From Candidatus Omnitrophota bacterium (GTDB lineage Bacteria; Ratteibacteria; UBA8468; B48-G9; JAFGKM01): 64,000 nt of DNA. Of this stretch, positions 28,787 to 39,578 are shown piece after piece. The DNA lies in NCBI GenBank assembly GCA_016928555.1, contig JAFGKM010000047.1, positions 462 through 64,461 of the forward strand, in the 5' to 3' direction. Each line of letters begins with the position of its first letter. Position 1 is the first letter of the stretch. Below the pieces are notes generated by a model, which worked only from the letters and a program-made list of their open reading frames with translations, searched no databases and had not been told where the DNA came from. The translations under genes were made by a program, and so were the position numbers.

Positions 28787-29118
28787 CTCCGGCGGTAGGA
28801 TTCGAACCTACAACCTTGCGGTTACAAGTACCCCCGAATTACTTCAGGGCTTGGACTATCTCTTCATCCTTTCCGAATTTTTTGGATTGGGATGTCGGGC
28901 GCTTCCCCGTTACCTGGAAAACAGGTACCGGGTACTCCATTTCTGGATAGTCTCTGCACCTTCCATTTTTTTGAAACAAATGGCTTGGCTCAGGATTGTC
29001 CGCCAGCTTTTCTTTTGTCTGATGGATTTCCCTGAATTCACCCGATTTTTCAACCACGATTTCTCGTGGAAGCTGCAACTGCTCACAGCCGCTTGCTCCA
29101 CCGTTGAGCTACGCCGGA
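28787..29118 (-). tRNA. tRNA-Asn(GUU) gene interrupted by a 260-nt group I intron between anticodon positions 35 and 36; exons 29118..29085 and 28824..28787
   Basis: 5' exon TCCGGCGTAGCTCAACGGTGGAGCAAGCGGCTGT and 3' exon TAACCGCAAGGTTGTAGGTTCGAATCCTACCGCCGGAG. Spliced product is a 72-nt cloverleaf with U1-A72, G73 and anticodon loop CUGUUAA as in E. coli tRNA-Asn. CCA is not encoded. Confidence 0.75.
28825..29084 (-). ncRNA. group I intron (IC3-like, tRNA-Leu(UAA)/tRNA-Ile intron family core), no ORF
   Basis: Intron RNA GAGCAGUUGCAGCUUCCACGAGAAAUCGUGG...CAGGGAAAUCCAUCAGACAAAAG...GACAAUCCUGAGCCAAGCCA...GGAAGGUGCAGAGACUAUCC...GAAGAGAUAGUCCAAGCCC...GUACUUG. It carries P7 halves GACUA and UAGUC, a P1 pairing GGCUGU with GCAGCU (U.G at 5' splice site), a P2 hairpin CCACGA-GAAA-UCGUGG, and a terminal G. 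Confidence 0.75.
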
Positions 29119-29169
29119 ATTATCAAATTGTCAATTGAACTTTAAGCGGCCTCTGAAAAAGTCGTTAAA

Positions 29170-29290
29170 CCCTTGTTTTGTCATTGCGAGCGCAACAAGC
29201 CGAAGCCACGAGCGAAGCTTGGCGGGAAGCAATCTAAGTAGATTGCCGCAGTTGCAAAAAACGCTCCTTCGCAATGACAAGTTGGGAAGT
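29170..29290. repeat. palindrome-flanked intergenic repeat family, copy A (between fmdB-like gene and tRNA-Asn)
   Basis: Terminal inverted repeats TTGTCATTGCGAG (29178..29190) and CTTCGCAATGACAA (29267..29280). Internal hairpin GCAATCTA-ag-TAGATTGC. Shares arms and flank with copies at 23140, 45082, 46674 and 48174. Confidence 0.6.
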
Positions 29291-29338
29291 TTTTCAGAAA
29301 CCCCATTAAGTATACCTGATTTGCACGTCAAAATCAAT

Positions 29339-29632
29339 TTATTTCTTGCAGGTTGAACAGCTTGAAGACGAACATGAAGAGCAGGATGATGGCGAGGAGC
29401 TTCCTGCAGCTACCCCGCTTTTTTCTTCCTTTGCCTTCTTCTTGTAATCCTCACTTCTGTACTCGGTGGTATAAAACCCGGGGCCCTTAAATATGACTCC
29501 GCCTCCCAGGCCGATAATCCTTGACACTTTTCCTTCGCACTCAGGGCATTTTGAAACAGGCGCATCGGTCATTTTCTGGAATTTTTCAAACCTGTGTCCG
29601 CATTTTTTACATTCGTATTCGTAAGTAGGCAT
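29339..29632 (-). CDS. FmdB family zinc-ribbon protein with Ser/Cys-rich tail
   Basis: MPTYEYECKKCGHRFEKFQ...CPECEG matches the FmdB putative regulatory zinc ribbon signature. Confidence 0.7.
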   Translation of the reverse strand: MPTYEYECKKCGHRFEKFQKMTDAPVSKCPECEGKVSRIIGLGGGVIFKGPGFYTTEYRSEDYKKKAKEEKSGVAAGSSSPSSCSSCSSSSCSTCKK

Positions 29633-29691
29633 GATAATACCTCCTCAAATAGTATAAAAATATACCTTAAAACAGAAAAAAGTCAAGGGAT

Positions 29692-30954
29692 TCAGAACGG
29701 AAGGGGATTTTCGTCTATTCTCTTCCTGTCTTCCTTTTTGCCTGCGGCATCCTTGTTTAGATTTTCCAAGTACAAGGACATCGTCGGGAAAGCGATTGAG
29801 AGCCCCATTTCCTTCAGTTTCCGCATGATTGCAAGGTTGATTTTTTCTTTCACTTCAAGATGCTCGTCAAAAGCGACCTCTTTACTAAAGTACAATATGC
29901 TTATGTCAAGGCTGGAGCTTCCGAAATCCGAGAATCTAACAACCATGAATTCCTGGTCGACGCGTTTCTCATTCATCAATATTTCTTTTATTGCGGATAC
30001 CGCCCGTTCCATCTGCCCGGCAGTCGTTTCATATGTAACCCCGATTGTCTGGGAAACCCTTCTTTTCGGCATTTTTGACAGGTTGTCTATTGTCGCATTG
30101 GCGACAGTTTTGTTGGGAATGGTTACAAGGGTTTTGGGCCATGTTCTTATACGCGTTGAACGAAACCCCACCTCTTCAACGATGCCTTCCACGTCGCCTG
30201 TTTTGACCCAGTCTCCTATAATGAAAGGCCTGTCAAGAAATATAAACACCGAGCCGAAAAAATTTGAAAGGGTATCCTGCAGTGCAAGGGCCACGGCAAG
30301 GCCTCCTATTCCAAGCCCCGCAAGGAGGCTGGAAATATTGTAGCCCAGCAGTTGCATTATCCATAAAAAACTGATGGCTCCAACGGTTACCTTGATTGCC
30401 TTGCTTACAAGCGGAACAAGCTGTTCATCGAGCTTTGATTCGGTTCGTTCGGCAAGGCGTGTAAGATATTTTACGGCTATATCAACTATTCTGAACAGAA
30501 ACCAGAGGAAATCCAGGGCAACGAGAATTTTAACGGCCCCGAAAACAAAACCGTTGATATCCGGAGTTTCGGGAAACGGCAATACCGCCATGGCTCCCGC
30601 CAACCCGCCCAGCAATAACAAGAACCCTACCGGTTTGCTCAGGGCTTCCAGAAAAAGATTGTCAAGGTCAATCCGCGTTTTCTTAAAAAGCGGGATGAGC
30701 TTTTTTTCAAAGATGTAATCCGATATTTTCTTCAGTACCAGCCCAAGAAGGATAAACGCAAATGCGGCGATAAACTGCCATACGGCGACATTCATTATTG
30801 CCCTGCGCATCCACACAGGAAAATGTGCCGATAAATCAATCTTCGGCAAAGGAGCGATTTTCGTCTCTCCACCAGTCTGCGCGGAAAGGATCTGCATTAA
30901 AAATAAAAACATCCCAGCCGAATACACATATTGTTTTCTGGAAAGAAACTTCAT
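29692..30954 (-). CDS. mechanosensitive ion channel family protein (MscS-like)
   Basis: TM region then conserved MscS beta domain FFGSVFIFLDRPFIIGDWVKTGDVEGIVEEVGFRSTRIRTWPKTLVTIPN. Track start 30990 is TTG; ATG at 30954 gives a signal-peptide-like N-terminus. Confidence 0.8.
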   Translation of the reverse strand: MKFLSRKQYVYSAGMFLFLMQILSAQTGGETKIAPLPKIDLSAHFPVWMRRAIMNVAVWQFIAAFAFILLGLVLKKISDYIFEKKLIPLFKKTRIDLDNLFLEALSKPVGFLLLLGGLAGAMAVLPFPETPDINGFVFGAVKILVALDFLWFLFRIVDIAVKYLTRLAERTESKLDEQLVPLVSKAIKVTVGAISFLWIMQLLGYNISSLLAGLGIGGLAVALALQDTLSNFFGSVFIFLDRPFIIGDWVKTGDVEGIVEEVGFRSTRIRTWPKTLVTIPNKTVANATIDNLSKMPKRRVSQTIGVTYETTAGQMERAVSAIKEILMNEKRVDQEFMVVRFSDFGSSSLDISILYFSKEVAFDEHLEVKEKINLAIMRKLKEMGLSIAFPTMSLYLENLNKDAAGKKEDRKRIDENPLPF

Positions 30955-30993
30955 GGTTTTCAGTATACCAGATATGCGGAATTTGTGCAAGAT

Positions 30994-31770
30994 TCACAGA
31001 AGCGTTTCGGCAAAGAAACCGACCGTCTCGCCGATAGCTTCCTGTTCGGAAAATTCAGTCGCAAGAGTATGGCCGCCCTCGTCAAGAACGAGGATGCGCG
31101 GGAAAAGAGCGTTCTTGTGGAAGGATTTAAAATAAGACAGGGAATGTTTCAAGGGCACGCTTACATCATCTTTCGCATGAACCAGCAGGACATTCCCTCT
31201 GTATGATTCGGCAGATTCCAGAGGTTTCACCTTCTCTGTTGATTTTATAAACTTCTTACCGAGATAGTTTCCGAAACCCGGCGGATACACCCTTCCCTTT
31301 TTAAACAAAATCTTTTCAAGTTTTTTCGGCAGCTTTTTTCGCATTATCTCCGGATAAGCGACCGGAGACCACAAAACAAGCGACCTTGTTTTATATTCCA
31401 ACGCAACGGATACGGCAGTTACCGCTCCCATTGAAAGGCCGAGAACACCGAGCCGGTTCTTGTCAAACGTTTTGTCTTTCATAATAAATTCCACCGCTTT
31501 CTTTCCGTCTTTTATTTCCGTGAGAAGGCTCATATTCTCAAATTTACCTTCGCTGTCACCCGAGCCCATGAAGTCAAACCTTAACACCGCCATACCCTTT
31601 GCGGCAAGGCGCCGGGCCGTCTTTGTGAATATAAAGTGGCTTCCGGATTTGCTGCCTGTAAAACCGTGGAACATAACTACGGCGGGATAAGGTCCCTTAC
31701 CCCGCGAAGGGATGTGCAGAATCCCGGCAAGGCTGTATCTTCCGCTTTTAAAACTGAAGCTCTTCTCCAT
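30994..31770 (-). CDS. alpha/beta hydrolase fold protein
   Basis: HGFTGSK oxyanion region, nucleophile elbow GLSMGA, C-terminal His. Track start 31797 is GTG; ATG at 31770 with RBS AAAGGAG. Confidence 0.7.
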   Translation of the reverse strand: MEKSFSFKSGRYSLAGILHIPSRGKGPYPAVVMFHGFTGSKSGSHFIFTKTARRLAAKGMAVLRFDFMGSGDSEGKFENMSLLTEIKDGKKAVEFIMKDKTFDKNRLGVLGLSMGAVTAVSVALEYKTRSLVLWSPVAYPEIMRKKLPKKLEKILFKKGRVYPPGFGNYLGKKFIKSTEKVKPLESAESYRGNVLLVHAKDDVSVPLKHSLSYFKSFHKNALFPRILVLDEGGHTLATEFSEQEAIGETVGFFAETLL

Positions 31771-31851
31771 ATTGCTCCTTTGCAAACATTTTACCACATA
31801 ACCCGTTATTTGACTTTATTCGGGTTAATTCCTAAAATGATAGAACTAATT

Positions 31852-33543
31852 ATGGACACTGGAGAGAACAAAAAAAACGATTTTATCAGGGAAATAATAC
31901 GAGAAGATCTGAAGACGGAGAAATACGGAAAGAAGGTGCATACCCGCTTTCCTCCGGAGCCCAACGGATATCTCCATATAGGCCATGCAAAATCCATATG
32001 CCTTAATTTCAGCATAGCCGAAGAATTCGGGGGCAGATGCAATCTGCGCTTTGACGACACCAATCCGGAAAAGGAAGAAGAAGAATACGTAAATTCCATT
32101 AAAGAAGACATTAAATGGCTCGGATTTGACTGGGAAGACAGGGAATATTACGCTTCCGATTATTTTGAACAACTGTATGATTTCGCGGTAGTACTGATAA
32201 AAAAAGGCAAAGCGTTTGTATGCGACCTTACGGCCGAAGAGATAAGCGAATACAGGGGAACTCTCACGGCTCCCGGCAAAGAGAGCCCTTACAGAAACCG
32301 CACGGCGGAGGAAAACCTCAGGCTGTTTGCGGAAATGCGCGAAGGTAAATACCCCAACGGAGCAAAGGTCCTCCGTGCAAAAATAGATATGGTTTCCCCC
32401 AACCTGAATATGCGCGACCCTGTAATTTACCGTATTCTTCACAGCAGCCACCACAGAACCGGCAATAAATGGTGCATATATCCCACTTACGACTGGGCGC
32501 ACGGACAGTCCGACTCCATAGAAGGGATTACGCATTCCATATGCACGCTGGAATTTGAAGTCCACAGGCCGCTTTACGACTGGTTTATTGAACAGCTTGG
32601 GATACACCACCCGAGGCAGATAGAATTTGCAAGGCTCAACCTTACATATACCGTAATGAGCAAGAGGCGCCTGCTTGAACTGGTGGAGGAGAAGCATGTA
32701 AGCGGATGGGACGACCCGCGGATGCCGACCATCTCGGGGATGCGGCGCAGAGGCTATCCGTCCGAAGCGATACGCAATTTCTGTTCAAGAATAGGCGTGG
32801 CAAAAACCGAAAGCACCGCAGACATGGCCCTGTTGGAACACTTCGTCCGCGACATCCTGAATAAAAGCGCCTCGAGGGTTATGGGAGTGATGAGGCCATT
32901 AAAAGTGGTCATAGACAATTATCCGGAAGGGAAAACAGAAGAGCTTTCTGCCGTAAACAACCCCGAGGACCCTTCGGCCGGAACAAGGAAAATACTGTTT
33001 TCCAAGGTCATTTATATAGAAAAAGACGATTTCATGGAGGAACCTCCGAAAAAGTTTTACAGGCTGGCGCCCGGAAGAGAGGTGCGCCTGCGTTATGCCT
33101 ATTTTATAAAATGCATTTCTGCGGCCAAGGATAGCGAGGGCAGAGTGACGGAACTGCACTGCACCTACGACCCCGCCACCAAGGGAGGGGATGCGCCTGA
33201 CGGAAGAAAGGTGAAAGCAACTCTGCACTGGGTATCCGCTACGCATTGCATAACGGCCGAAGCTCGTCTGTACAACTCCCTGTTTGTTAAAGAAAACCCT
33301 CTTGATATCCCCGAAGGAGGGAATTTCAAGGAAACGCTGAATCCCGAATCTCTGGAAACACTGCCGGAATGCAGGGTTGAACCTTCACTTACGGGGGCAA
33401 AATCCGGGACAGTATACCAGTTTGAACGGCTCGGCTACTTCTGCGTAGACGCTGACGCTTCGGATAAAAAACTGGTTTTTAACCGTACTGTGACGTTGAA
33501 AGACGACTGGGCCAAGATAAAAAACTCCGGAGGATTAAAATGA
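31852..33543 (+). CDS. glnS: glutaminyl-tRNA synthetase
   Basis: [12 protein letters not shown]...[19 protein letters not shown] (HIGH) and VMSKR (KMSKS). Track N-terminal extension overlaps the divergent hydrolase gene. Start could also be ATG 31837. Confidence 0.8.
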   Translation: MDTGENKKNDFIREIIREDLKTEKYGKKVHTRFPPEPNGYLHIGHAKSICLNFSIAEEFGGRCNLRFDDTNPEKEEEEYVNSIKEDIKWLGFDWEDREYYASDYFEQLYDFAVVLIKKGKAFVCDLTAEEISEYRGTLTAPGKESPYRNRTAEENLRLFAEMREGKYPNGAKVLRAKIDMVSPNLNMRDPVIYRILHSSHHRTGNKWCIYPTYDWAHGQSDSIEGITHSICTLEFEVHRPLYDWFIEQLGIHHPRQIEFARLNLTYTVMSKRRLLELVEEKHVSGWDDPRMPTISGMRRRGYPSEAIRNFCSRIGVAKTESTADMALLEHFVRDILNKSASRVMGVMRPLKVVIDNYPEGKTEELSAVNNPEDPSAGTRKILFSKVIYIEKDDFMEEPPKKFYRLAPGREVRLRYAYFIKCISAAKDSEGRVTELHCTYDPATKGGDAPDGRKVKATLHWVSATHCITAEARLYNSLFVKENPLDIPEGGNFKETLNPESLETLPECRVEPSLTGAKSGTVYQFERLGYFCVDADASDKKLVFNRTVTLKDDWAKIKNSGGLK

Positions 33544-34853
33544 ACAGCATCCGCTACGCCAAAAAAATACCGGTCAAATATAACGTTGATATTTTTGTTG
33601 CCGGAGGAGGCCCGGCAGGAGCCGCTGCGGCAATCATGGCTTCCAGACAGGGAAGCAAGGTGTATCTTGCCGAAGCGCATACATGCTGCGGAGGCATGGG
33701 AACGGCAGGGCTGGTCCCTCTCTTCATGACATTTACAGACGGTGTTAATTTTCTTGCCGGCGGCATCGGAAAGGAAATCCTTGAACGGCTGAGGAAAGCC
33801 GGAGGAACACTCACCGAAGGCAGAGCCATTATAAGAGCAGAGGTTCTGAAACGGCTTTACGAAGAAATGCTCATGGAATCGGGCGTACAATTTACTTATT
33901 ACACTAAACTTGTTGACGTCGTAGTAAAAAACGGTATGGTCAGCGAAGCAATCTGCGATGGAAAATCAGGACTTTTTGCCGTGAAAGCAAAGGTGTTTAT
34001 AGACGGGACCGGCGACGGCGACCTTGCCGTCTCTGCAGGGGCGAAGTATGAAAAAGGCGATGACAAAGGGTTGATGATGGCAGGGACGCTGTGCAGTCTG
34101 TGGTCGGGCATTGACTGGGATAAAGTTGCAAAGAGCGGGCTGGCGCAGGCATCCATGCTTGAAAAGGCGTTTAAAGACGGGGTCTTTACCGTAAAGGACA
34201 GGCATCTTCCCGGCATGATGCAGTTGGGGGAAACGCTCGGAGGCGCAAACATAGGACATACCTTCGGAGTCGACGGGACAAATGAGCAATCGCTCACAAA
34301 GGCGTATCTGCAAGGAAGAAAATACGTTCCTGAATATGAAAGGTACTACAAAAAATATTTTAAAGGATACGAAAAGATGGAGCTTGCGGCAACGGGCTCT
34401 CTGCTTGGCATAAGAGAAACACGCCGCATAATCGGAGATTATATTTTGAACGTTGATGATTTCAAAAAATGCGCCGTATTTGAAGACGAGATAGGCCGGT
34501 ATTCATACCGGATTGACATACACGCTTCAAATCCGGACAAAAAATCATTCGCGAAGTTCAAGAAGGAATTTTCCTTCCTGTACCTGAACAAAGGAGAAAG
34601 TTACGGCATCCCTTACAGGATACTGGTACCGTCAAAACTGAAAAACGTGCTGGTTGCCGGCAGGTGTGTCAGCACCGACCGCTACATGCAGTCATCCATA
34701 AGAGTCATGCCCGGCTGTTATATAACCGGACAGGCGGCGGGTATGGCGGCGGCAATAATGGCCGAAGATAAAAAAGACTCCCGCTCCATAGACGTACGCA
34801 AATTGCAGAAAAAACTGAAGAAGGCGGGCGCATACCTTCCCAACCTTAAATAA
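33540..34853 (+). CDS. FAD-dependent oxidoreductase (PF12831-like)
   Basis: [29 protein letters not shown] dinucleotide-binding motif. Confidence 0.7.
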   Translation: MNSIRYAKKIPVKYNVDIFVAGGGPAGAAAAIMASRQGSKVYLAEAHTCCGGMGTAGLVPLFMTFTDGVNFLAGGIGKEILERLRKAGGTLTEGRAIIRAEVLKRLYEEMLMESGVQFTYYTKLVDVVVKNGMVSEAICDGKSGLFAVKAKVFIDGTGDGDLAVSAGAKYEKGDDKGLMMAGTLCSLWSGIDWDKVAKSGLAQASMLEKAFKDGVFTVKDRHLPGMMQLGETLGGANIGHTFGVDGTNEQSLTKAYLQGRKYVPEYERYYKKYFKGYEKMELAATGSLLGIRETRRIIGDYILNVDDFKKCAVFEDEIGRYSYRIDIHASNPDKKSFAKFKKEFSFLYLNKGESYGIPYRILVPSKLKNVLVAGRCVSTDRYMQSSIRVMPGCYITGQAAGMAAAIMAEDKKDSRSIDVRKLQKKLKKAGAYLPNLK

Positions 34854-34856
34854 ACG

Positions 34857-36020
34857 ATGAGGTATATAAGAGAATTAGAACGCAAAATACCTGTTTGCGC
34901 CGAATATGATGCGGCGGTTGTCGGCGGCGGCATAGCCGGGATTGCGGCGGCTGCAGCCGCTGCGAGAAACGGCGTTAAGGCATGCATTATTGAAAAACAG
35001 TTTGCCCTTGGCGGACTCGCCACGCTGGGCAATGTGGCAATATATCTGCCTATTTGCGACGGATGCGGCAATCAGATAGTGAAAGGGCTCGGAGAGGAAC
35101 TTCTGCGCCTTTCCGTAAGCGACGGATACAGCAAGATACCTGCCTGCTGGGAAAAGGGCGGGAATGGGCGGAATAGAAGCAGAAAACGCTTTACGGTTAC
35201 ATTTAACCCGCCTTCATTTATGCTCGCCCTTGAACCGTTAGTGCTTGACAGCGGCGCTGACATCATGTATGACACGCGGTTCTGCGGAGTCAAAAAAAGG
35301 GGAAGTGCTATCACTCATTTAATAATAGAAAACAAGGATGGACGCTCGGCTGTCGCCTGCAAAACTGTCGTTGATGCTTCAGGAGACGCGGACGTATGCG
35401 CGGCGGCAGAAGAAGAAACCGTTTCATTGAATACCAACGTTGCATCAGGATGGTTTTTCAGTCTTGATAATAAGAAACCAACTCTGCACGTGATGTCCGA
35501 AAGTTACGACCCGAGCGGAAAAACCGTTCCCGGAGGAAAACGCGGATTTTCAGGCGTAAATGCAAAAGATGTTACGGAGCAGGTGCTTGCCGCCCGCCGC
35601 ATGTTCAGAGAACGGGTTCATACGCTTCCGTTGAATATTCCCGCAATCCCGGGTTTGAGGATGACGCGCAGGTTAAAAGGACTGACAGAACTCCAGGAAA
35701 AAGACGAAGGAAGGATATTTCGGAATTCGGTAGGTATGACAGGCGATTGGCGCAAAGCAGGGCCGGTATACTGCATACCGTTAACCGCCCTTGCCGCAGT
35801 GAGAACGCCAAACCTCGTTACTGCGGGCAGGTGCATTTCTTCGGACAGCGCATGGGACATAACCCGCGCCATACCTGCCTGCGCGGTTACGGGAGAAGCG
35901 GCAGGAACCGCAGCCGCCCTTCTCTGCCTCTCGGGCAACAAAAGTTTTGCTTCTTTGGACATAAAACTGCTGCAAGCCATGTTGAAAAAGCAGAATGTTC
36001 CGGTTGACAAAAAATTATAA
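34857..36020 (+). CDS. FAD-dependent oxidoreductase (paralog of upstream gene)
   Basis: DAAVVGGGIAGIAAAAAAARNGVKACIIE. Confidence 0.7.
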   Translation: MRYIRELERKIPVCAEYDAAVVGGGIAGIAAAAAAARNGVKACIIEKQFALGGLATLGNVAIYLPICDGCGNQIVKGLGEELLRLSVSDGYSKIPACWEKGGNGRNRSRKRFTVTFNPPSFMLALEPLVLDSGADIMYDTRFCGVKKRGSAITHLIIENKDGRSAVACKTVVDASGDADVCAAAEEETVSLNTNVASGWFFSLDNKKPTLHVMSESYDPSGKTVPGGKRGFSGVNAKDVTEQVLAARRMFRERVHTLPLNIPAIPGLRMTRRLKGLTELQEKDEGRIFRNSVGMTGDWRKAGPVYCIPLTALAAVRTPNLVTAGRCISSDSAWDITRAIPACAVTGEAAGTAAALLCLSGNKSFASLDIKLLQAMLKKQNVPVDKKL

Positions 36021-37355
36021 AAACAGCAGAGCTATTGAGAAGAAGATAAACAATCCCGAAGTATCCATTATCGTTGAGATAAGCGGACTGCTCACTATGG
36101 CCGGGTCAAGACGCAGTTTTCTCAAAATTATGGGCAGTAAACTGCCAAGCAGGTTGGCCCACAGCGTAATACCCATAACCGAAAGGCCTATTACGAAACT
36201 TACCAAAGGTTCTCCCTTCCATGCGTAACTCCACATATAAAGAATACATCCCAGGGAAAATCCGAGGAAAAAACCTACCAGCAGTTCTTTTTTAACAACA
36301 TTAAACCACTTTTTAGGCGTAAGGTCCCCGGTTACCAGCGCTCGGATGATAAGAGTGGCGGACTGTGTGCCTGTATTGCCGCCTGCGCCGAGAAGAACAG
36401 GTATAAAAAAAGCCAGGATGATAACCTTTCCCAGCGTTTCTTCAAATGCGGCGATAACGTTGCCCGACACAAATCCGGCCATGGCAAGAATAGAAAGCCA
36501 TATAATCCTCTTTCTGAACAGAGAAAATACCGGGGCGGTTGTATAGTTTACCTCAAAAGGTATGACACTGGCGCCTTTGTGTATATCTTCCGTAACCTCG
36601 TCCTCGTATACGTCAATTACGTCATCAACGGTCACAACTCCGAGAAGGACTTTCTTGGAATCCACGACCGGCAGAACGATGAGATTGTATTTTTTCATCA
36701 TCTCCACCGCCTGCTCCTGGTCCACGGCGGCAGGGATTGAATGGAACTCGCGGTCCATCAGATTCTCCACCTTTTCCGCGGGGTCGGCAAGTATCAATTT
36801 TCTCAGTGTTATATCGTCGATAAGGTGCCATTGTTCGTCAATTACAAAAACTATGTTGACCGTCTCTGCATCTTTTCCGAATTTCCTGATGTGTTCAAGC
36901 GACTGTGCAACCGTCCATGAAGGACGTATCGCCACAAAATCGGTGGTCATCAGCCTGCCGACGCTGTCTTCCGGATAGCCGAGAAGCTGCATCGCTTCTT
37001 TGCGCTCTTCCTGCGGCAGAAGGCTAAGGAGCCTTTTGGTGACTTTTGCCGGCAGTTCTTCGAAAACATCGGTCCTGTCGTCCGGCGTGAGCTCCAGAAA
37101 TATCTCTTTTATGTGCTCGTTGCTCATCTGCTTCAAAAGAGCTTTCTGTTCTCCCGATTTAAGTTCGCTGAAGACTTCTGCGGCAAGGTCGCGGGGCAGG
37201 ATTCGGAACAGTACCACCTTGTCCGGCTCCTCAACGCTGTCAAGCAGGTCAACTATATCCTGGGGAGCCCATTCCGATAAGATTTCCTTGAGAATGCGCC
37301 AGTCTTTTGACATAAGAAGCTCTTTTATCTCGGGAGTCAGCAGTTCCTTAAGCAT
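36015..37355 (-). CDS. mgtE: magnesium transporter MgtE
   Basis: MgtE N-domain, tandem CBS, C-terminal 5-TM MgtE domain (PVLLGAGGNTGTQSATL). Confidence 0.85.
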   Translation of the reverse strand: MLKELLTPEIKELLMSKDWRILKEILSEWAPQDIVDLLDSVEEPDKVVLFRILPRDLAAEVFSELKSGEQKALLKQMSNEHIKEIFLELTPDDRTDVFEELPAKVTKRLLSLLPQEERKEAMQLLGYPEDSVGRLMTTDFVAIRPSWTVAQSLEHIRKFGKDAETVNIVFVIDEQWHLIDDITLRKLILADPAEKVENLMDREFHSIPAAVDQEQAVEMMKKYNLIVLPVVDSKKVLLGVVTVDDVIDVYEDEVTEDIHKGASVIPFEVNYTTAPVFSLFRKRIIWLSILAMAGFVSGNVIAAFEETLGKVIILAFFIPVLLGAGGNTGTQSATLIIRALVTGDLTPKKWFNVVKKELLVGFFLGFSLGCILYMWSYAWKGEPLVSFVIGLSVMGITLWANLLGSLLPIILRKLRLDPAIVSSPLISTIMDTSGLFIFFSIALLFL

Positions 37356-37436
37356 AGTGGAGAGATTTTAACATTCAAAAGACTAAAAATCAACGGCAAT
37401 TTGACCGCGAAAAAGTTATCTGTTAATATACGAAAT

Positions 37437-39578
37437 ATGGAAAAACATGTTTTCAGCAATTACGGGGGAAGCTACCAGCTTGATATAAAAACTCCCGGAG
37501 ACCTTGCAAAAATTCTTGACATGGACGAGGCGTTATGGGCGGCTGCAAGCATACCCCTAAACATACTCAACATCGACAGGAAATTTCTCGAATATCTTGA
37601 TTCCGATAAAAACGGACGCATAAGAACGGATGAAATAAAATCCGCAATAAGCTGGCTTTTATGCGTTTTAAAGGATTACTCCCATATTTCGGGCGCAAGC
37701 GATGCACTGTCCATAGAAAGCATAAACGGGGATATTCCCGAAGGTAAAATACTCGTAAGGACCGCAAAAAGAATACTCTCAAACCTCAAAGCTTCGGATA
37801 ATTCCGATAAAATAACTCTTTCACAGGTAAGAAACCTGCAGGGCATAATGGCAAGTTCGGCAACCAACGGGGACGGCGTCATTACGCCTGACGATACGTC
37901 CGAGGAGGAAATTTCCGCTCTTATAAAATTGATTATTGAAATTACCGGGGGGACAGCCGACGCAAGCGGAAAACAGGGGATTAGCATTCGGCAGGCTGAC
38001 GATTTTTTCACTAATGCCTCCCTTTTTCTCGAATGGTCCGCAAAAGGGAAAATCCCTCCCGGGCAGGAAAAAACAGAGATAATGGTATGGGGAGCCGGAA
38101 CACCCGCCGCCTATGAATGTCTTAAAAAAATAGAGCCCAAAATGAACGAGTTTTTCACCCAATGTGCGATAGCGGGGTTTGACGGAAGGGTTAAAAACTC
38201 TCTTAAGCTCACGCAGAAGGAACTTGAAGAAACGGACTTTACCGACACGAAACTTGTACTCAAACGGCTTGCCAAAGCTCCTCTTGCAGAAATAGACGAT
38301 GAAGGGACGTTGCGGCTCAACGGTTATATAAACCCTGTATTTGCGGACGCCGTTAATTCTTTACGCAGAAACGTCATTGAAAAAGCGCTCGGGAAGAATA
38401 CTGACAGACTGACACAGAAGCAATGGGAAACGGTTAAAAGCATATTTGCCGTGTACGGGACCTACCTTGACGGGAAAAAAGGAGGCGCGGTTGAAAGCGT
38501 TGGAGAAGAAATTTTGAGAAAATACACGGAAGGAGCCTTAAGGGATAAGATAAACGCCCTTATTGAAAAGGACATTGCCGCCGCAAAACAGATACAGCAC
38601 ATACAGGATGTTGAAAAACTTATACTTTTCCAGAAGTACATGCTGGAATTTGCAAACAACTCCGCCAGTTTTGCAAACGTATATAACCCCGGTATACGCT
38701 CCATATTCGAAGCGGGCACCCTTGTAATAGACGGCAGGAAAATAACGTTCACTCTTCTGGTTTCCGACAGGAACATACATAAAAATACCGCCAGGGACAG
38801 CAACGTCTACCTTATGTACCTTGACATAACCGGCAGGCACAACGGGGAATCAAAATTCGGGATAGCCGCGGCGGTAACGTCAGGGGATTCCGGAACCCTG
38901 CGGATAGGGAAAAGAGGGGTATTTTTCACACGGGACGGAAGGGAATGGGATGCGGAGGTAACCGATATAGTAATAAATCCGATAGGGCTTCTCGAATCCG
39001 TAAAAACGCCTTTTATCAAGCTTTCCGACGCGATAAGAAACCAGGTGGAAAAATTTGCGAAGACGAGGGAGGCAAGGATACAAACGACCCTTGTTGCCCC
39101 CTCTGGAGCAAGTATGGCGAGGGACCTGCTTGTGGGAGGCGGAGTCGCAATAGCGGCGCTCGGCTCTTCCTTTGCCTACGTTACAAAAGCGGTTTCTCAG
39201 GTAAAGCCGGTTCATTTTTTCATAACGATAGGACTTATACTTTCCATTGTTCTTTTGCCCAGCCTGGTTATGGGAATAATAAAACTAAGGCGGAGAAATC
39301 TGAGCATACTTTTTGAGGCTTCCGGGTGTGCGATAAACGTAAAGATGCGGCTTACGGTATGGCTGGGCAGGCTTTTCACCTATATCCCTCCATATCCCGC
39401 CGGTTCCCGTAAAAAGAAAATTGACATTGTGGCGCAGCTCGCCGCCGGTGCGGGGGGGAAAACAAGGGGACAAATTTTCAGGCGCATGGTAAAGATAGCC
39501 CTGGCTACAATAATAATCTGCATAATTGCCGCGGCTCTTCTCTTCCTCCGCCTGCGCTATTCTGGAAGGCTGTTTTGA
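37437..39578 (+). CDS. hypothetical large protein with N-terminal EF-hand-like Ca-binding loop and C-terminal TM helices
   Basis: [12 protein letters not shown] fits the 12-residue EF-hand loop. Track start 37401 is TTG; ATG 37437 is preceded by TTGACC-17nt-TAATAT (possibly leaderless). C-terminus has 3-4 hydrophobic helices. Confidence 0.45.
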   Translation: MEKHVFSNYGGSYQLDIKTPGDLAKILDMDEALWAAASIPLNILNIDRKFLEYLDSDKNGRIRTDEIKSAISWLLCVLKDYSHISGASDALSIESINGDIPEGKILVRTAKRILSNLKASDNSDKITLSQVRNLQGIMASSATNGDGVITPDDTSEEEISALIKLIIEITGGTADASGKQGISIRQADDFFTNASLFLEWSAKGKIPPGQEKTEIMVWGAGTPAAYECLKKIEPKMNEFFTQCAIAGFDGRVKNSLKLTQKELEETDFTDTKLVLKRLAKAPLAEIDDEGTLRLNGYINPVFADAVNSLRRNVIEKALGKNTDRLTQKQWETVKSIFAVYGTYLDGKKGGAVESVGEEILRKYTEGALRDKINALIEKDIAAAKQIQHIQDVEKLILFQKYMLEFANNSASFANVYNPGIRSIFEAGTLVIDGRKITFTLLVSDRNIHKNTARDSNVYLMYLDITGRHNGESKFGIAAAVTSGDSGTLRIGKRGVFFTRDGREWDAEVTDIVINPIGLLESVKTPFIKLSDAIRNQVEKFAKTREARIQTTLVAPSGASMARDLLVGGGVAIAALGSSFAYVTKAVSQVKPVHFFITIGLILSIVLLPSLVMGIIKLRRRNLSILFEASGCAINVKMRLTVWLGRLFTYIPPYPAGSRKKKIDIVAQLAAGAGGKTRGQIFRRMVKIALATIIICIIAAALLFLRLRYSGRLF

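Noticed and set aside
28839-29138. Three overlapping ORFs (28839..29078 -, 28851..29138 +, 28910..29101 -) between the tRNA-Asn halves
   Set aside because: They lie entirely within the group I intron and tRNA exons. They are chance ORFs in structured RNA.
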